Shown: positions 16,948 to 25,479, numbered from the stretch's first letter. The stretch: DNA of 64,000 nucleotides from Verrucomicrobiota bacterium (GCA_038209745.1 JBBQXJ010000007.1:15037-79036); one strand, 5' to 3'. Program-made: numbers and translations. Notes: a model not told the origin generated them from the sequence alone.

Positions 16948-17955
16948 TTACTGCGCCGCGCCCTTCGGCCAGGCGCAGCGAAACAGCGTCGGCCGCTTGT
17001 CCTGGGGATATTTCTTCCGACCCAGCCCGTTGTTGTCCGTGATGAGCCAGAACCCTCCGGCGTCGATGGCCAAGCCCTCCAGATTTCCCGTTCCATACCG
17101 CGTGATGTAGGCGAATTCTGGATCACGGTCCGCGAAACCGGCGTCGTATTCTGCGACGACCTGTTCCGTCGCTGGATCGACCTCCAAGATCTGGTCCCGG
17201 CTACGGACGAGCACGAAAAGGTGCCCGCGCCAAACCGAGAGGTCGCTGTAGTGGGCCTCGTTGATCAGGGGAATGTTGAACGTCGGCGAGAAGTCCCCGA
17301 CCACTTTCATCGTGTCCAAGTCCACCCGGATGATCCGTGGAAGGCTGCGTTCGTTCGCCACGAAAAGGGTCCGCCCGATGACGGCGACCCCTTCGAAAGA
17401 GGCGTTGTCGTCTTTGGGATCGAAATAGCGGGCAACGGGCGACCAGTCGATCGGGAGTCGCTCCATCCGTGATCCGTCGGACGGAAACCGCAGAATCCAG
17501 CGATTCGCCTCCTCGCTGACGTAGATTCTTCCGACATCGTCCTGCGCGAGGCCCTCGATGTCATACCGGTCTTTCTTCTCTCGCTTGAACGGCGCGAGCT
17601 GAGAGGCGCCAAAGAATCCCGGGAGCTTTTCCAGATGAGCAATCCCGCCGCCGTGAGGCGCAATGATCCGGAACAAAGCCGGCTGTTGGTCGCTGAGGGT
17701 GAGAAGTGATCCGTCCGGACGGAGCAGCAACGCAGAAGCATCGAATCGGACTCCATCCAAAAGATCGACCTGCCAAACGTTGGTTGGAGAGAGGGAGAAG
17801 TGTCGGCGCTCGACCAACTTCGCCGCAGATTTTGCCGTCGTGGCCGGCGCTGCGGATCGGCATCCCAGGATCGAAATTCCGATAAGCAGAACCACCCCTG
17901 CCGCCGCAATCTTCGGCTTCCAGTTTCCACGATTCAGTGAGGCGACTCGCAACAT
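16948..17955 (-). CDS. Lipoprotein with beta-propeller fold (SdiA-regulated / phytase-like esterase family, tentative)
   Basis: Start MLRVASLN ... LLIGISILGC gives a lipobox Cys. YDIEGLAQDDVGRIYVSEE and NLEGLAIDAGGFWLITDNN resemble SdiA-regulated/phytase-like propellers. Confidence 0.5.
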   Translation of the reverse strand: MLRVASLNRGNWKPKIAAAGVVLLIGISILGCRSAAPATTAKSAAKLVERRHFSLSPTNVWQVDLLDGVRFDASALLLRPDGSLLTLSDQQPALFRIIAPHGGGIAHLEKLPGFFGASQLAPFKREKKDRYDIEGLAQDDVGRIYVSEEANRWILRFPSDGSRMERLPIDWSPVARYFDPKDDNASFEGVAVIGRTLFVANERSLPRIIRVDLDTMKVVGDFSPTFNIPLINEAHYSDLSVWRGHLFVLVRSRDQILEVDPATEQVVAEYDAGFADRDPEFAYITRYGTGNLEGLAIDAGGFWLITDNNGLGRKKYPQDKRPTLFRCAWPKGAAQ

Positions 17956-18028
17956 TCCAGTGACCTTTGGAACAAACAACCGGGGACGCAAGGCCGCTGC
18001 CGTTATCGGTGCTGGGCCGAAAACAGAA

Positions 18029-18061
18029 AGACCCGCCGATCCTTTCGGGATGGGCGGGTCT
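18029..18061 (-). terminator. Second rho-independent terminator-like hairpin
   Basis: Minus strand: AGACCCGCC...GGCGGGUCU (9-bp GC stem) followed by UUCUGUUUUC. Confidence 0.55.
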
Positions 18062-18230
18062 GGGCGGAAAAAAGCGGTCCGCTCAAGAATTCATGCTGGG
18101 CGTCACTCCAACGAATCATTCATCCGATTGGACGCAGCCAAGGAAATCGCGGCCCCCAAGAGCCCAATCCACGCGCAAAGTCCGATGATGACGAGGTGCA
18201 TAGGCCAAACCATAGCGGATCCGATGCCAA

Positions 18231-18264
18231 CAACGCAAAACCCCGGAAACCACGGTTCCCGGGG
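18231..18264 (-). terminator. Rho-independent terminator downstream of the PFK gene
   Basis: On the minus strand: CCCCGGGAACC-GUG-GGUUUCCGGGG followed by UUUUGCGUUG, about 65 nt after the PFK stop. Confidence 0.7.
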
Positions 18265-18330
18265 TTCTAGCGGCTGAATGACTTGTCCCGTTTTGGGAGA
18301 TTATCCAGCCGCTGTGTCTCAGTGGACAGA

Positions 18331-19605
18331 TCAAGCGCGAGCCGGCAGAACCTTCTCGATCGCGATCTTTTCGAGCACGGCATACTTCGGCAGGCCGTTT
18401 TCAGTCGGCGGAGTGACTTCGCCTTCGATCAGCGGCGCCGCGTATTCGACGAACTTCTGGTTCGGCATGAACCCATCGGCGCTGACCCAGTCGCGGGGCA
18501 GGAAACGTTCAACGTTCGCGATATCCTTGAGATCCTGCAAAGCGGTGCCGAAGTAGGTCTTCACTCCGACCGTGCGGACGATCTTCACCATGAAACCGCT
18601 CTGGCCATCGATCGCCGCGCGCACGGCGGCCTCGCCGCACTTGAACGCGATTTCTGCGTCGACGGCGCTGGCGAAGTGGGCGGCGCAGCGTTGGGCATAG
18701 CCAAGCTTCACCGTGCGGGTCTTGAGGTTGAGCTTGCCCTGGATGATCTCGGCGAGCTTGTCGGCGGCACCGGAAAGAACGGCATGTCCGAACGAGTCCA
18801 CCTTGGATTTGTCGGCTCCGATCTCCTCACCAGCGGCGTTTTTTAGGCCCTCGCCAACGACCACCACGCAATACTTCAGCTTGGCGATGGTCTCCTTCAC
18901 CTTGGCGAGGAAGGCGGCTTCGTCCAAAGCAATCTCCGGCATCAGGATGATGTGCGGGGCATTGTCGGGGTTGCCCTGCTTGGCCAGCACGGTGCCGGCC
19001 GCGATCCAACCGGCGGCGCGGCCCATGACCTCGACGATGCAACAGGAGCCGTCGTCCGTGGCCATCGATCCGACATCGAGACCGATCTCGGCGACGGTGG
19101 CGGCGTTGTATTTGATGACCGAGCCGTAGCCGGGGCAGTGGTCGGTATGGGGCAGATCGTTGTCGATCGTCTTGGGCACCCCGATCACGCGGACTTCGTA
19201 GCCGCGCTTGACGGATTCGCCATGGATCTTGTTGGACGTGTCCTGGGAATCGTTCCCGCCCGCGTAGAAAAAGTAGCGGATGTTGTGCGCCTGGAAGACC
19301 TCGAAGAGACGGTCCATGTCCTTGGCGGCCTGTTCCGGGTTCTTGGCTGGGTTGATCTTGTAGCGGCAGGTGCCGAGGGCGGCAGCCGGCGTGTAGCGGA
19401 GGCTGTCGATCGTCTTCTGCTTCTCGTCCTGCAGATCGATGATGTCTTCGTTGAGGATGCCGAAGATCCCGTTCAAACCGCCGTAGATCTCCTCGATGCA
19501 GCCATGCTTTCCTGCCTCGGCCATCACACCGGCGACGCTTGAATTGATCACCGCGGTCGGGCCACCGGATTGGGCGACAAGTAGATTTCCAACTAGTTCA
19601 GACAT
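18331..19605 (-). CDS. pfp: Pyrophosphate-dependent 6-phosphofructokinase (PPi-PFK, PfkA family)
   Basis: QSGGPTAVINSS, GGNDS (Asp at the position that is Gly in ATP-PFK GGDGS) and PKTIDNDL (Lys instead of Gly). Both are known PPi-specificity markers. Confidence 0.85.
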   Translation of the reverse strand: MSELVGNLLVAQSGGPTAVINSSVAGVMAEAGKHGCIEEIYGGLNGIFGILNEDIIDLQDEKQKTIDSLRYTPAAALGTCRYKINPAKNPEQAAKDMDRLFEVFQAHNIRYFFYAGGNDSQDTSNKIHGESVKRGYEVRVIGVPKTIDNDLPHTDHCPGYGSVIKYNAATVAEIGLDVGSMATDDGSCCIVEVMGRAAGWIAAGTVLAKQGNPDNAPHIILMPEIALDEAAFLAKVKETIAKLKYCVVVVGEGLKNAAGEEIGADKSKVDSFGHAVLSGAADKLAEIIQGKLNLKTRTVKLGYAQRCAAHFASAVDAEIAFKCGEAAVRAAIDGQSGFMVKIVRTVGVKTYFGTALQDLKDIANVERFLPRDWVSADGFMPNQKFVEYAAPLIEGEVTPPTENGLPKYAVLEKIAIEKVLPARA

Positions 19606-19824
19606 AAAAATTGTAGTTTTGGGGGCGAAGACAACCGCCCAGAGGCGGACAGATCCGCCAAATCAAGGTTCAAACTGAACGTTGAAACTGCCAACCGCCC
19701 AACGGGGTGTCAAAGATTGAATTCCGGCCAAGTGGTTATGGCTGGCGGACAACCGACCCCGCCGCGGACAACTTTGAAAAACTGCTTTCGTCACGACCGA
19801 CCATTTCTGATTCTCCCCCATCCG

Positions 19825-20925
19825 ATGAACGTTCCGTTCCTGAACCTAGCCGCTCAATACGAGGCCCTTAAATCCGACATCCTGCCCGCCGTGGAGAAGG
19901 CCCTCGCCGGTGGCCACTACATCCTCGGGCCCAATGTCGCCGCCTTCGAAAAGGAGCTGGCTGAGTTTACCGGGACCGCGTTCGCCGTCGGCGTGAATTC
20001 CGGATCGGACGCCCTGACGCTGTCGCTGCGGGCGCTCGACGTCGGCCCCGGCGACGAGGTCATCACTTCTCCTTTCACCTACATCGCCCCGGCCGAGTCG
20101 ATCATCCAGATGGGCGCGCGGCTGGTCTTCGCCGACATCGATCCCAAGACGCTTTGTCTGAATCCGAAGGACGTCGCCGAACACATCAGTCCAGCCACGA
20201 AGGCGATCATTCCCGTCCACCTCTTCGGCCAAGCCGCGCCGCTCGACGAGATCTTCGCCTTCGCCAATCCGGCCCAGATCCACATCGTCGAAGACTGCGC
20301 CCAAGCCATCGGCGCCACCCGCAACGGCCAGTCTGTCGGCTCCTTCGGCGCAACGGGCTGCTTCAGCTTCTATCCGACCAAGAACCTTGGCGCCGACGGC
20401 GACGGCGGCGCGATCGTCACCAACGACGAGGCCCTGGCCAAGAAGCTGAAGATGCTCCGCGTCCACGGCATCGAACGCCGCTACCACCACGACCTCCACG
20501 GCTTCAACTCCCGGCTGGACGAGATCCAGGCGGCCATTCTCCGGGTCAAGCTTCCGCACCTGAACCGCTGGAACGCCCGCCGTGCCGAGATCGCCGCCCG
20601 TTACGTTGAGGGTTTGAAGAACCTGCCCGTTGAAACCCCGACCACCGCCCCGGGCAACGGCCACGTCTTCCATGTCTTCCATCTGCTGAGCGAACGACGC
20701 GACGAACTGCAGAAGCATCTGGCCGATCACGGCGTGCCGACGATCATCTACTACCCCAAGCCGCTGCACCTCCAGCCATGCTACGCCGACCAGGATTGGC
20801 GCGAGGGCCAGTTCCCCGTGGCCGAGGCGATCTCGAAGAAGATCCTTCCCCTGCCGATGTATCCCGAACTGACCGACGCGCAGGTCGATCATGTGATCAA
20901 GACGATCCGCAAATTCCGATTCTGA
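19825..20925 (+). CDS. DegT/DnrJ/EryC1/StrS family sugar aminotransferase (PLP-dependent)
   Basis: Start MNVPFLNLAAQYEALK (ATG 19825). Family-typical YILGPNV..FE.E.A.F and FSFYPTKNLGA (PLP lysine) are present. Confidence 0.9.
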   Translation: MNVPFLNLAAQYEALKSDILPAVEKALAGGHYILGPNVAAFEKELAEFTGTAFAVGVNSGSDALTLSLRALDVGPGDEVITSPFTYIAPAESIIQMGARLVFADIDPKTLCLNPKDVAEHISPATKAIIPVHLFGQAAPLDEIFAFANPAQIHIVEDCAQAIGATRNGQSVGSFGATGCFSFYPTKNLGADGDGGAIVTNDEALAKKLKMLRVHGIERRYHHDLHGFNSRLDEIQAAILRVKLPHLNRWNARRAEIAARYVEGLKNLPVETPTTAPGNGHVFHVFHLLSERRDELQKHLADHGVPTIIYYPKPLHLQPCYADQDWREGQFPVAEAISKKILPLPMYPELTDAQVDHVIKTIRKFRF

Positions 20926-21034
20926 GAACCGGCCGCAAAGAGGCAGGAAAAGCGGAAAAACTGAAAGGCCCCGATGGACGAATCCACCGGGGCTCTTTCG
21001 TTGTGAATCCTGTGCCCCTTTGCGGACCAACCCT

Positions 21035-21361
21035 TCAGTTCACCGCCAGCAGCTCGACCTCGAAGATCAAGGTGGCGTTCGGCGGGATGACACCGGGATA
21101 ACCGCCGGCGCCGTAGCCCATGTTGGGCGGAATGGTCAGTTTGACCTTCTGGCCGACCTTCATCTGGGCCACGCCGACGTCCCAGCCCTGGATGACCTGG
21201 CCGACTCCGAGCACGAACTCGAAGGGCTCCTTGCGGTCCACGGAGCTGTCGAACTTGGTGCCGTCGGTCAGGGTGCCGGTGTAGTGGACAGAGACGGTCT
21301 GGCCCTTGCGGGGCGACGCGCCGGTGCCGGCGACGAGGGTTTCAGAAACGAGTTGGGACAT
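21035..21361 (-). CDS. FKBP-type peptidyl-prolyl cis-trans isomerase
   Basis: 108 aa: [18 protein letters not shown]...[36 protein letters not shown]....[14 protein letters not shown]. Confidence 0.92.
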   Translation of the reverse strand: MSQLVSETLVAGTGASPRKGQTVSVHYTGTLTDGTKFDSSVDRKEPFEFVLGVGQVIQGWDVGVAQMKVGQKVKLTIPPNMGYGAGGYPGVIPPNATLIFEVELLAVN

Positions 21362-21372
21362 GGGAGAGGGGA

Positions 21373-21675
21373 TCAGCTTTCGATGACGTTGATTTCGACG
21401 GGTTCGACGCTCACGCCGACCTTTTCCAGCCAGGCAATGATGGACTTCATGTCCGAACGCTTGCCTTCGAGTTCAAGGCAGAGAATTCCGATCTGCTCGC
21501 TGACGCTGGCCTGGCGGACGTTGAAGACGACCGGGAACTTGTGCGCCATTTCCCAGATGATCGGGCGGGTCACCAGCTTGGTCGGGTAGCTGAGCCAGAA
21601 ACGGCGGGTTTCCTTCGCGTCCGTCCGGGCGGCTTCCGGGGCGACCTTCTTCTGGGCAGTCTTCTTGGGAGGCAT
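21373..21675 (-). CDS. Stand-alone NIL-domain protein (100 aa) with a basic N-terminal tail
   Basis: Start [10 protein letters not shown] (ATG at 21673-21675). The core [70 protein letters not shown] resembles the NIL/C2 domain of MetN and NIL-ferredoxin proteins. Confidence 0.65.
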   Translation of the reverse strand: MPPKKTAQKKVAPEAARTDAKETRRFWLSYPTKLVTRPIIWEMAHKFPVVFNVRQASVSEQIGILCLELEGKRSDMKSIIAWLEKVGVSVEPVEINVIES

Positions 21676-21689
21676 GAAAGTATTGGAGT

Positions 21690-21965
21690 TTAGCCGCCGG
21701 CGATCGCCGGGATGATGCTGATCTCGTCGCCGTCCTTGACCGGGGTCTGCTGGTTCTCGAGGAAGCGGATGTCCTCTTCGTTCACGTAGACGTTCACGAA
21801 GCGACGGACCTCGCCCTTCTCGTCGAGCAGGCGTTCCTTGATTCCGGGGAATTTGGACTGCAGCTCGGCCATGGCGGTGGCGACGGTGCCGGTGGCGACT
21901 TCGACGAGTTCCTGCTCGTTGGTGAGCTTGCGGAGCGGAGTTGGGATGCGGACTTTTGCGGGCAT
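21690..21965 (-). CDS. CysO/MoaD/ThiS-family sulfur-carrier protein, copy 2 (91 aa, C-terminal GG)
   Basis: MPAKVRIPTPLR...RFVNVYVNEEDIRF...DGDEISIIPAIAGG. Close to the CysO pattern (RFVNIYVN.EDVRF ... ILPAVAGG). Confidence 0.85.
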   Translation of the reverse strand: MPAKVRIPTPLRKLTNEQELVEVATGTVATAMAELQSKFPGIKERLLDEKGEVRRFVNVYVNEEDIRFLENQQTPVKDGDEISIIPAIAGG

Positions 21966-22146
21966 AAAATTGAACTGCGATTAACGGCGGGATCGTCGGC
22001 CAGTTTCCAGTGGGTGGCAACGGTCAATTCCCGGACTTCGAACCGCTATTCTGCGCTGATTTTCGACGACGCTGCCTTCAGAGAGCCTCCGCGCCACGAT
22101 ACCCTGTCTTGGCCCTGTCAAAGTTGATCGACCAAGATTGGCGGTT

Positions 22147-22180
22147 AAAAAAATCACCCTCCGGCAAACGCCGGGATGAT
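22147..22180 (-). terminator. Intrinsic terminator overlapping the 3' end and stop codon of carrier copy 1
   Basis: Minus strand: AUCAUCCCGGC-GUUU-GCCGGAGGGUGAU, a GC core of 5 bp extended by bulged pairs. It is immediately followed by U7 (plus-strand a47-a53). Confidence 0.55.
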
Positions 22181-22429
22181 GCTGACTTCGTCGCCCGGAT
22201 TGAGCGGGGTCTCTTCGTTCAGGAGGAAGCGCACGTCTTCCTCGTTCACGAAGACCAGCACGGAGCCGCGGAGCTGCCCGTGTTCGTCCATCAGCCGCTC
22301 GCGCACGCCGTGGAAGCGGCTGTGGAGCTGGTGCACCGCGCCGGCCACGGTGCCGGGCTGGACCAGAATCGTCTCCGAGCCTTCACAGTAGCGACGGAGC
22401 GTGGGTGGAATACGAATGGCGACGGACAT
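22154..22429 (-). CDS. CysO/MoaD/ThiS-family sulfur-carrier protein, copy 1 (91 aa, C-terminal GG)
   Basis: Start MSVAIRIPPTLRR (ATG at 22427-22429) ... VLVFVNEEDVRF...PGDEVSIIPAFAGG. Lies 20 nt downstream of the ThrC-like gene. Confidence 0.85.
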   Translation of the reverse strand: MSVAIRIPPTLRRYCEGSETILVQPGTVAGAVHQLHSRFHGVRERLMDEHGQLRGSVLVFVNEEDVRFLLNEETPLNPGDEVSIIPAFAGG

Positions 22430-22449
22430 GGTGGATAGCAGTTTTCGGG

Positions 22450-23703
22450 TTAGGCCGCGGCGGCCGCCTTGTCGCGTTCGAGAATCGCCTCGAACTCGCG
22501 GAGGCTGGGCCGGATCTCGCGGGTTTCGCCGACATGGCCGGTCATGGCTTCGATGGTCTTGAGACCGTTGCCGGTGATGCACAGCACGGCGGAGTCGCCG
22601 GCCGCGATCTTACCCGCCGCGATCAGCTTCTTGGCCACGCCCACGGTCACGCCGCCGGCGGTCTCGGCAAAGATGCCTTCGCATTCGGCCAGAATCCGGA
22701 TGCCTTCGCGCACTTCGTCGTCGGTCACGTCGTCGGCGTAACCGCCGGTCTCCTTCATCACCTTGAGCGCGTAGAAGCCGTCGGCCGGCGTGCCGATGGC
22801 CAGCGACTTGGCGATGGTGTTCGGCTTGACCGGCTTGAAGAAGTCGAGCCCGGCACGGTGCGCGGCGCTGATCGGATTGCAGCCCGTGGCCTGGGCGCCG
22901 TGGATGCGGCTTTCGCCGGAAACGAGGCCGAGCTTGTTCAGCTCCTGGTAGGACTTGTGGATCTTGGTCAGGAGCGAGCCGGACGCCATCGGGATGACGG
23001 TGTGCTGCGGCACCTTCCAGCCGAGCTGCTCGACGATCTCGAAGCCCATCGATTTGGAACCCTCGGCGTAATACGGCCGCATGTTCACGTTCACGAAGGC
23101 CCAGCCATACTTGCCGGCGATCTCGGCGCAGAGGCGGTTGACCTCGTCGTAGTGGCCTTTGATGCTGATGACGTTGGCGCCGTAGACGAGCGAATTGACG
23201 ACCTTGCCCAGCTCCAGATCGGAGGGAATGAAGACGTAGGCCTCCATGCCGGCGGCGGCGGCGTTGGCGGCGACGGAGTTGGCGAGGTTGCCGGTGGAGG
23301 CGCAGGCGGCGGTCTTGAAGCCGAGTTCACGGGCGCGGCTAAGGGCGACGCTGACGACGCGGTCCTTGAACGAAAGCGTGGGGTAGTTGACGGCGTCGTT
23401 CTTGATCCAGAGCTCGCGGATGCCGAGACGTTTGGCCAATCGGTCCGCTTTCACCAGAGGCGTGAACCCGACCTCGACCCCCACGGTGGGGTCACCGGCG
23501 ATGGGCAGCAGCTCGCGATAGCGCCACATGGAGTGCGGCCGGGACTGGATGGCGGCGCGGGTCATCGACTTCTTGATGCTCTCGTAGTCGTAGGCGACTT
23601 CGAGGGGACCAAAGTCGAACTCGCAGACGTGGGTGGCGGCGAGCGGGTACTCGCGGCCGCACTCGCGGCACTTCAACGCCTTCATGAATCCTTGCTGTTG
23701 CAT
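22450..23703 (-). CDS. Threonine synthase-fold PLP enzyme (ThrC family, N-terminal zinc ribbon); candidate sulfur-carrier-dependent homocysteine synthase
   Basis: Start MQQQGFMKALKCRECGREY (ATG at 23701-23703). PLP lysine context YPTLSFKDRVVS; also ACASTGN and GNGLK. The upstream part of the track ORF is really the riboswitch leader. Confidence 0.9.
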   Translation of the reverse strand: MQQQGFMKALKCRECGREYPLAATHVCEFDFGPLEVAYDYESIKKSMTRAAIQSRPHSMWRYRELLPIAGDPTVGVEVGFTPLVKADRLAKRLGIRELWIKNDAVNYPTLSFKDRVVSVALSRARELGFKTAACASTGNLANSVAANAAAAGMEAYVFIPSDLELGKVVNSLVYGANVISIKGHYDEVNRLCAEIAGKYGWAFVNVNMRPYYAEGSKSMGFEIVEQLGWKVPQHTVIPMASGSLLTKIHKSYQELNKLGLVSGESRIHGAQATGCNPISAAHRAGLDFFKPVKPNTIAKSLAIGTPADGFYALKVMKETGGYADDVTDDEVREGIRILAECEGIFAETAGGVTVGVAKKLIAAGKIAAGDSAVLCITGNGLKTIEAMTGHVGETREIRPSLREFEAILERDKAAAAA

Positions 23704-23724
23704 CGTCGTTCTTTTTTTCGGGGC

Positions 23725-23760
23725 AAAAAAAGCCCCTTCTCGTGGTGTCGGGAGAAGAGG
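23725..23760 (-). terminator. Riboswitch expression-platform terminator
   Basis: Minus strand: CCUCUUCUC-(10 nt)-GAGAAGGGG, then C and U7. The 5' arm can alternatively pair perfectly with GAGAAGAG (23775-23782), which overlaps the P1 3' strand and acts as the antiterminator. Confidence 0.8.
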
Positions 23761-23779
23761 ATGGACGGGCCGCGCTCTT

Positions 23780-23896
23780 CTCATTTTTCCCCGGTTCGGC
23801 TGCGATCCGGGCTGGATTTGGCACCTGACGCGGAACTCGCGGTTCCACCGGTTGCCGTGACGTCTTCGGGCCAGTCCCTCGGTCACTCTTAATGAG
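23780..23896 (-). promoter_or_regulatory. SAM-I (S-box) riboswitch aptamer
   Basis: Minus strand reads CUCAUUAAGAGUGACCGAGGGACUGGCCCGAAGACGUCACGGCAACC...CAGGUGCCAAAUCCAGCCCGG...CCGGGGAAAAAUGAG. P1 is CUCAUU/AAUGAG, P2 is GUGAC/GUCAC with the GAGGGA...GGCCC core, P3 is GCAACC...GGUGC, and P4 is CCCGG/CCGGG. This matches the SAM-I consensus almost base for base in the conserved cores. Confidence 0.9.
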
Positions 23897-24208
23897 ATCC
23901 ATTGCGTATATATCAACGGATACGGATTTAATGATTTAAGCCGCAAACTACGTCAACGACTTTTATGCGGATCGATGGCCTGTTCCGATCCCGTCCATGG
24001 GCGACCGGCTGTCTCCGCTCTCGATGTGCGTCTCACCGGTCGGCGTCCCGTGCCTTGGCAGTGGTGAAGTCCCTCGGCCACCGACGCCTTCTGCCGGGAC
24101 AACTCTGTCCCAGTCCCGGAAGGTGGCGCCGTTCGCCTCCGCTTTCCCTGTAGATCCACCCTCATCAGAACTTCTTCTGGCGCCGATAGATCTTGGACCG
24201 GAACGCTC

Positions 24209-25291
24209 ATGAATCATTGGGTCATCAGATTGTTCTTCTGGGGTCTTTGCACTCTGGGAGGTTTCTCCGTCAGTCAGGTCCGCCCGGAGCTGGTGCAACA
24301 GCCCGTGGTCGGAATGCTCGTTGGCTTCGGCTTCGGGGGAGTGATGGTGGCCTTCGATCTCATGCTGAAGGGCTTCTCCATCCGGGCCTTTTCGGCAGCA
24401 ACCGCCGGCATCGCCATCGGCACGGCCATGGCCTGGATGGTGGACCGGTCCGGCCTCTTCGACTTTGTGGATGAAAACCTCCGTTGGCTCATCCGGCTCG
24501 GGCTGTTCCTCGGATTCTCCTACCTCGGAATGATCGTGTCGATTCGCAGCAACAAGGAGGATTTCAGCCTGATCATCCCCTACGTCCGCTTCGCCTCCCA
24601 GTCCAAGCCCGACACCCTCCTCGTGCTCGATACCAGCGCCGTCATCGATGGACGCATCGCGGGCCTGGTCGGGGGCGACGTGGTCGAAGGACGCCTCATC
24701 GTTCCCCGCTTCGTCCTGCACGAACTGCAAAAAGTCGCCGACTCGGCCGATCCGACCAAGCGCGCCCGGGGCCAACGCGGCCTCGACATGCTCCACAAGC
24801 TCCAGTCCAGCCCCCGCACCGACGTGAAGATCCACGAGGGCGACTTTCCCCATGAATCCGCCGTCGACGCCAAGCTCGTGATGTTGGCCAAAACCCTCGG
24901 CGCCAAACTCGTCACCAACGACGCCAACCTCGTCCGCGTCGCCGTCCTCCAGTCGGTCAAGACCATCAACCTCGCCGAGTTGTCCTCCGTGCTGAAAGCC
25001 CAGATCCTGCCGGGCGACGAGGTGGAACTGCGGATCACCCGAGAAGGCCGCGAAAAAGGCCAGGGCATCGGCTACCTGACCGACGGCACCATGGTCGTCG
25101 TCACGGGCGCCCACGTCTTCATCGGTCGGAATGCCCGCGCCACCATCACGAATCTGACCCAGACCGGTGCCGGTGTGATCATGTTTGCGCAGATCGCCCA
25201 GACGGCAGAGTTTGAAGGCCAACCATGGAACTCAAAACCGTCTTCACCACCTTCAGCTCCGCCGAAGCCAATCTCGTCCGTGGCCGCCTAG
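24209..25291 (+). CDS. PIN and TRAM domain membrane protein (YacL-like)
   Basis: N-terminal TM helices, then a PIN domain (LLVLDTSAVIDGRI ... LVTNDANL). A TRAM-like C-terminus follows (GDEVELRITREGREKGQGIGYLTDGTMVVV). Confidence 0.8.
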   Translation: MNHWVIRLFFWGLCTLGGFSVSQVRPELVQQPVVGMLVGFGFGGVMVAFDLMLKGFSIRAFSAATAGIAIGTAMAWMVDRSGLFDFVDENLRWLIRLGLFLGFSYLGMIVSIRSNKEDFSLIIPYVRFASQSKPDTLLVLDTSAVIDGRIAGLVGGDVVEGRLIVPRFVLHELQKVADSADPTKRARGQRGLDMLHKLQSSPRTDVKIHEGDFPHESAVDAKLVMLAKTLGAKLVTNDANLVRVAVLQSVKTINLAELSSVLKAQILPGDEVELRITREGREKGQGIGYLTDGTMVVVTGAHVFIGRNARATITNLTQTGAGVIMFAQIAQTAEFEGQPWNSKPSSPPSAPPKPISSVAA

Positions 25292-25479
25292 AGGCGGCCG
25301 GCTTCGAGGCCTACATCCAGGGTGAACTGGCCTCGATCAGCATCGGGGCCTCCACCGCCGCCACCGGCGGCATCCGCATCCAAGTCCCAGAAGATCGCGC
25401 GGCGGAAGCCCGCGCCGTGATCGAGTCCGACCTCAGCCAACCCTCCGGAGAGACCGACGAAGGAACCACGGTTTCGTAG
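25225..25479 (+). CDS. DUF2007-type putative signal-transducing protein (84 aa)
   Basis: MELKTVFTTFSSAEANLVRGRLEAAGFEAYIQGE...IRIQVPEDRAAEARAVI is the family pattern. It overlaps the low-complexity tail of the upstream gene by 67 nt. Confidence 0.65.
   Translation: MELKTVFTTFSSAEANLVRGRLEAAGFEAYIQGELASISIGASTAATGGIRIQVPEDRAAEARAVIESDLSQPSGETDEGTTVS

Noticed and set aside
21966-22153. A second riboswitch (SAM-II, SAM-SAH or similar) in the spacer between the two sulfur-carrier genes.
   Set aside because: I could not fold it into any riboswitch class I know by eye. It stays in the findings only as an unexplained spacer and needs covariance-model scans.
25225-25291. The 67-nt overlap between the PIN/TRAM gene and the DUF2007 gene, as a possible frameshift or fusion.
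   Set aside because: The overlapping tail of the upstream protein is low-complexity (PSSPPSAPPKP) and lies beyond the end of the TRAM domain. The downstream gene has a clean ATG and a full-length family match. Simple overlap is sufficient.
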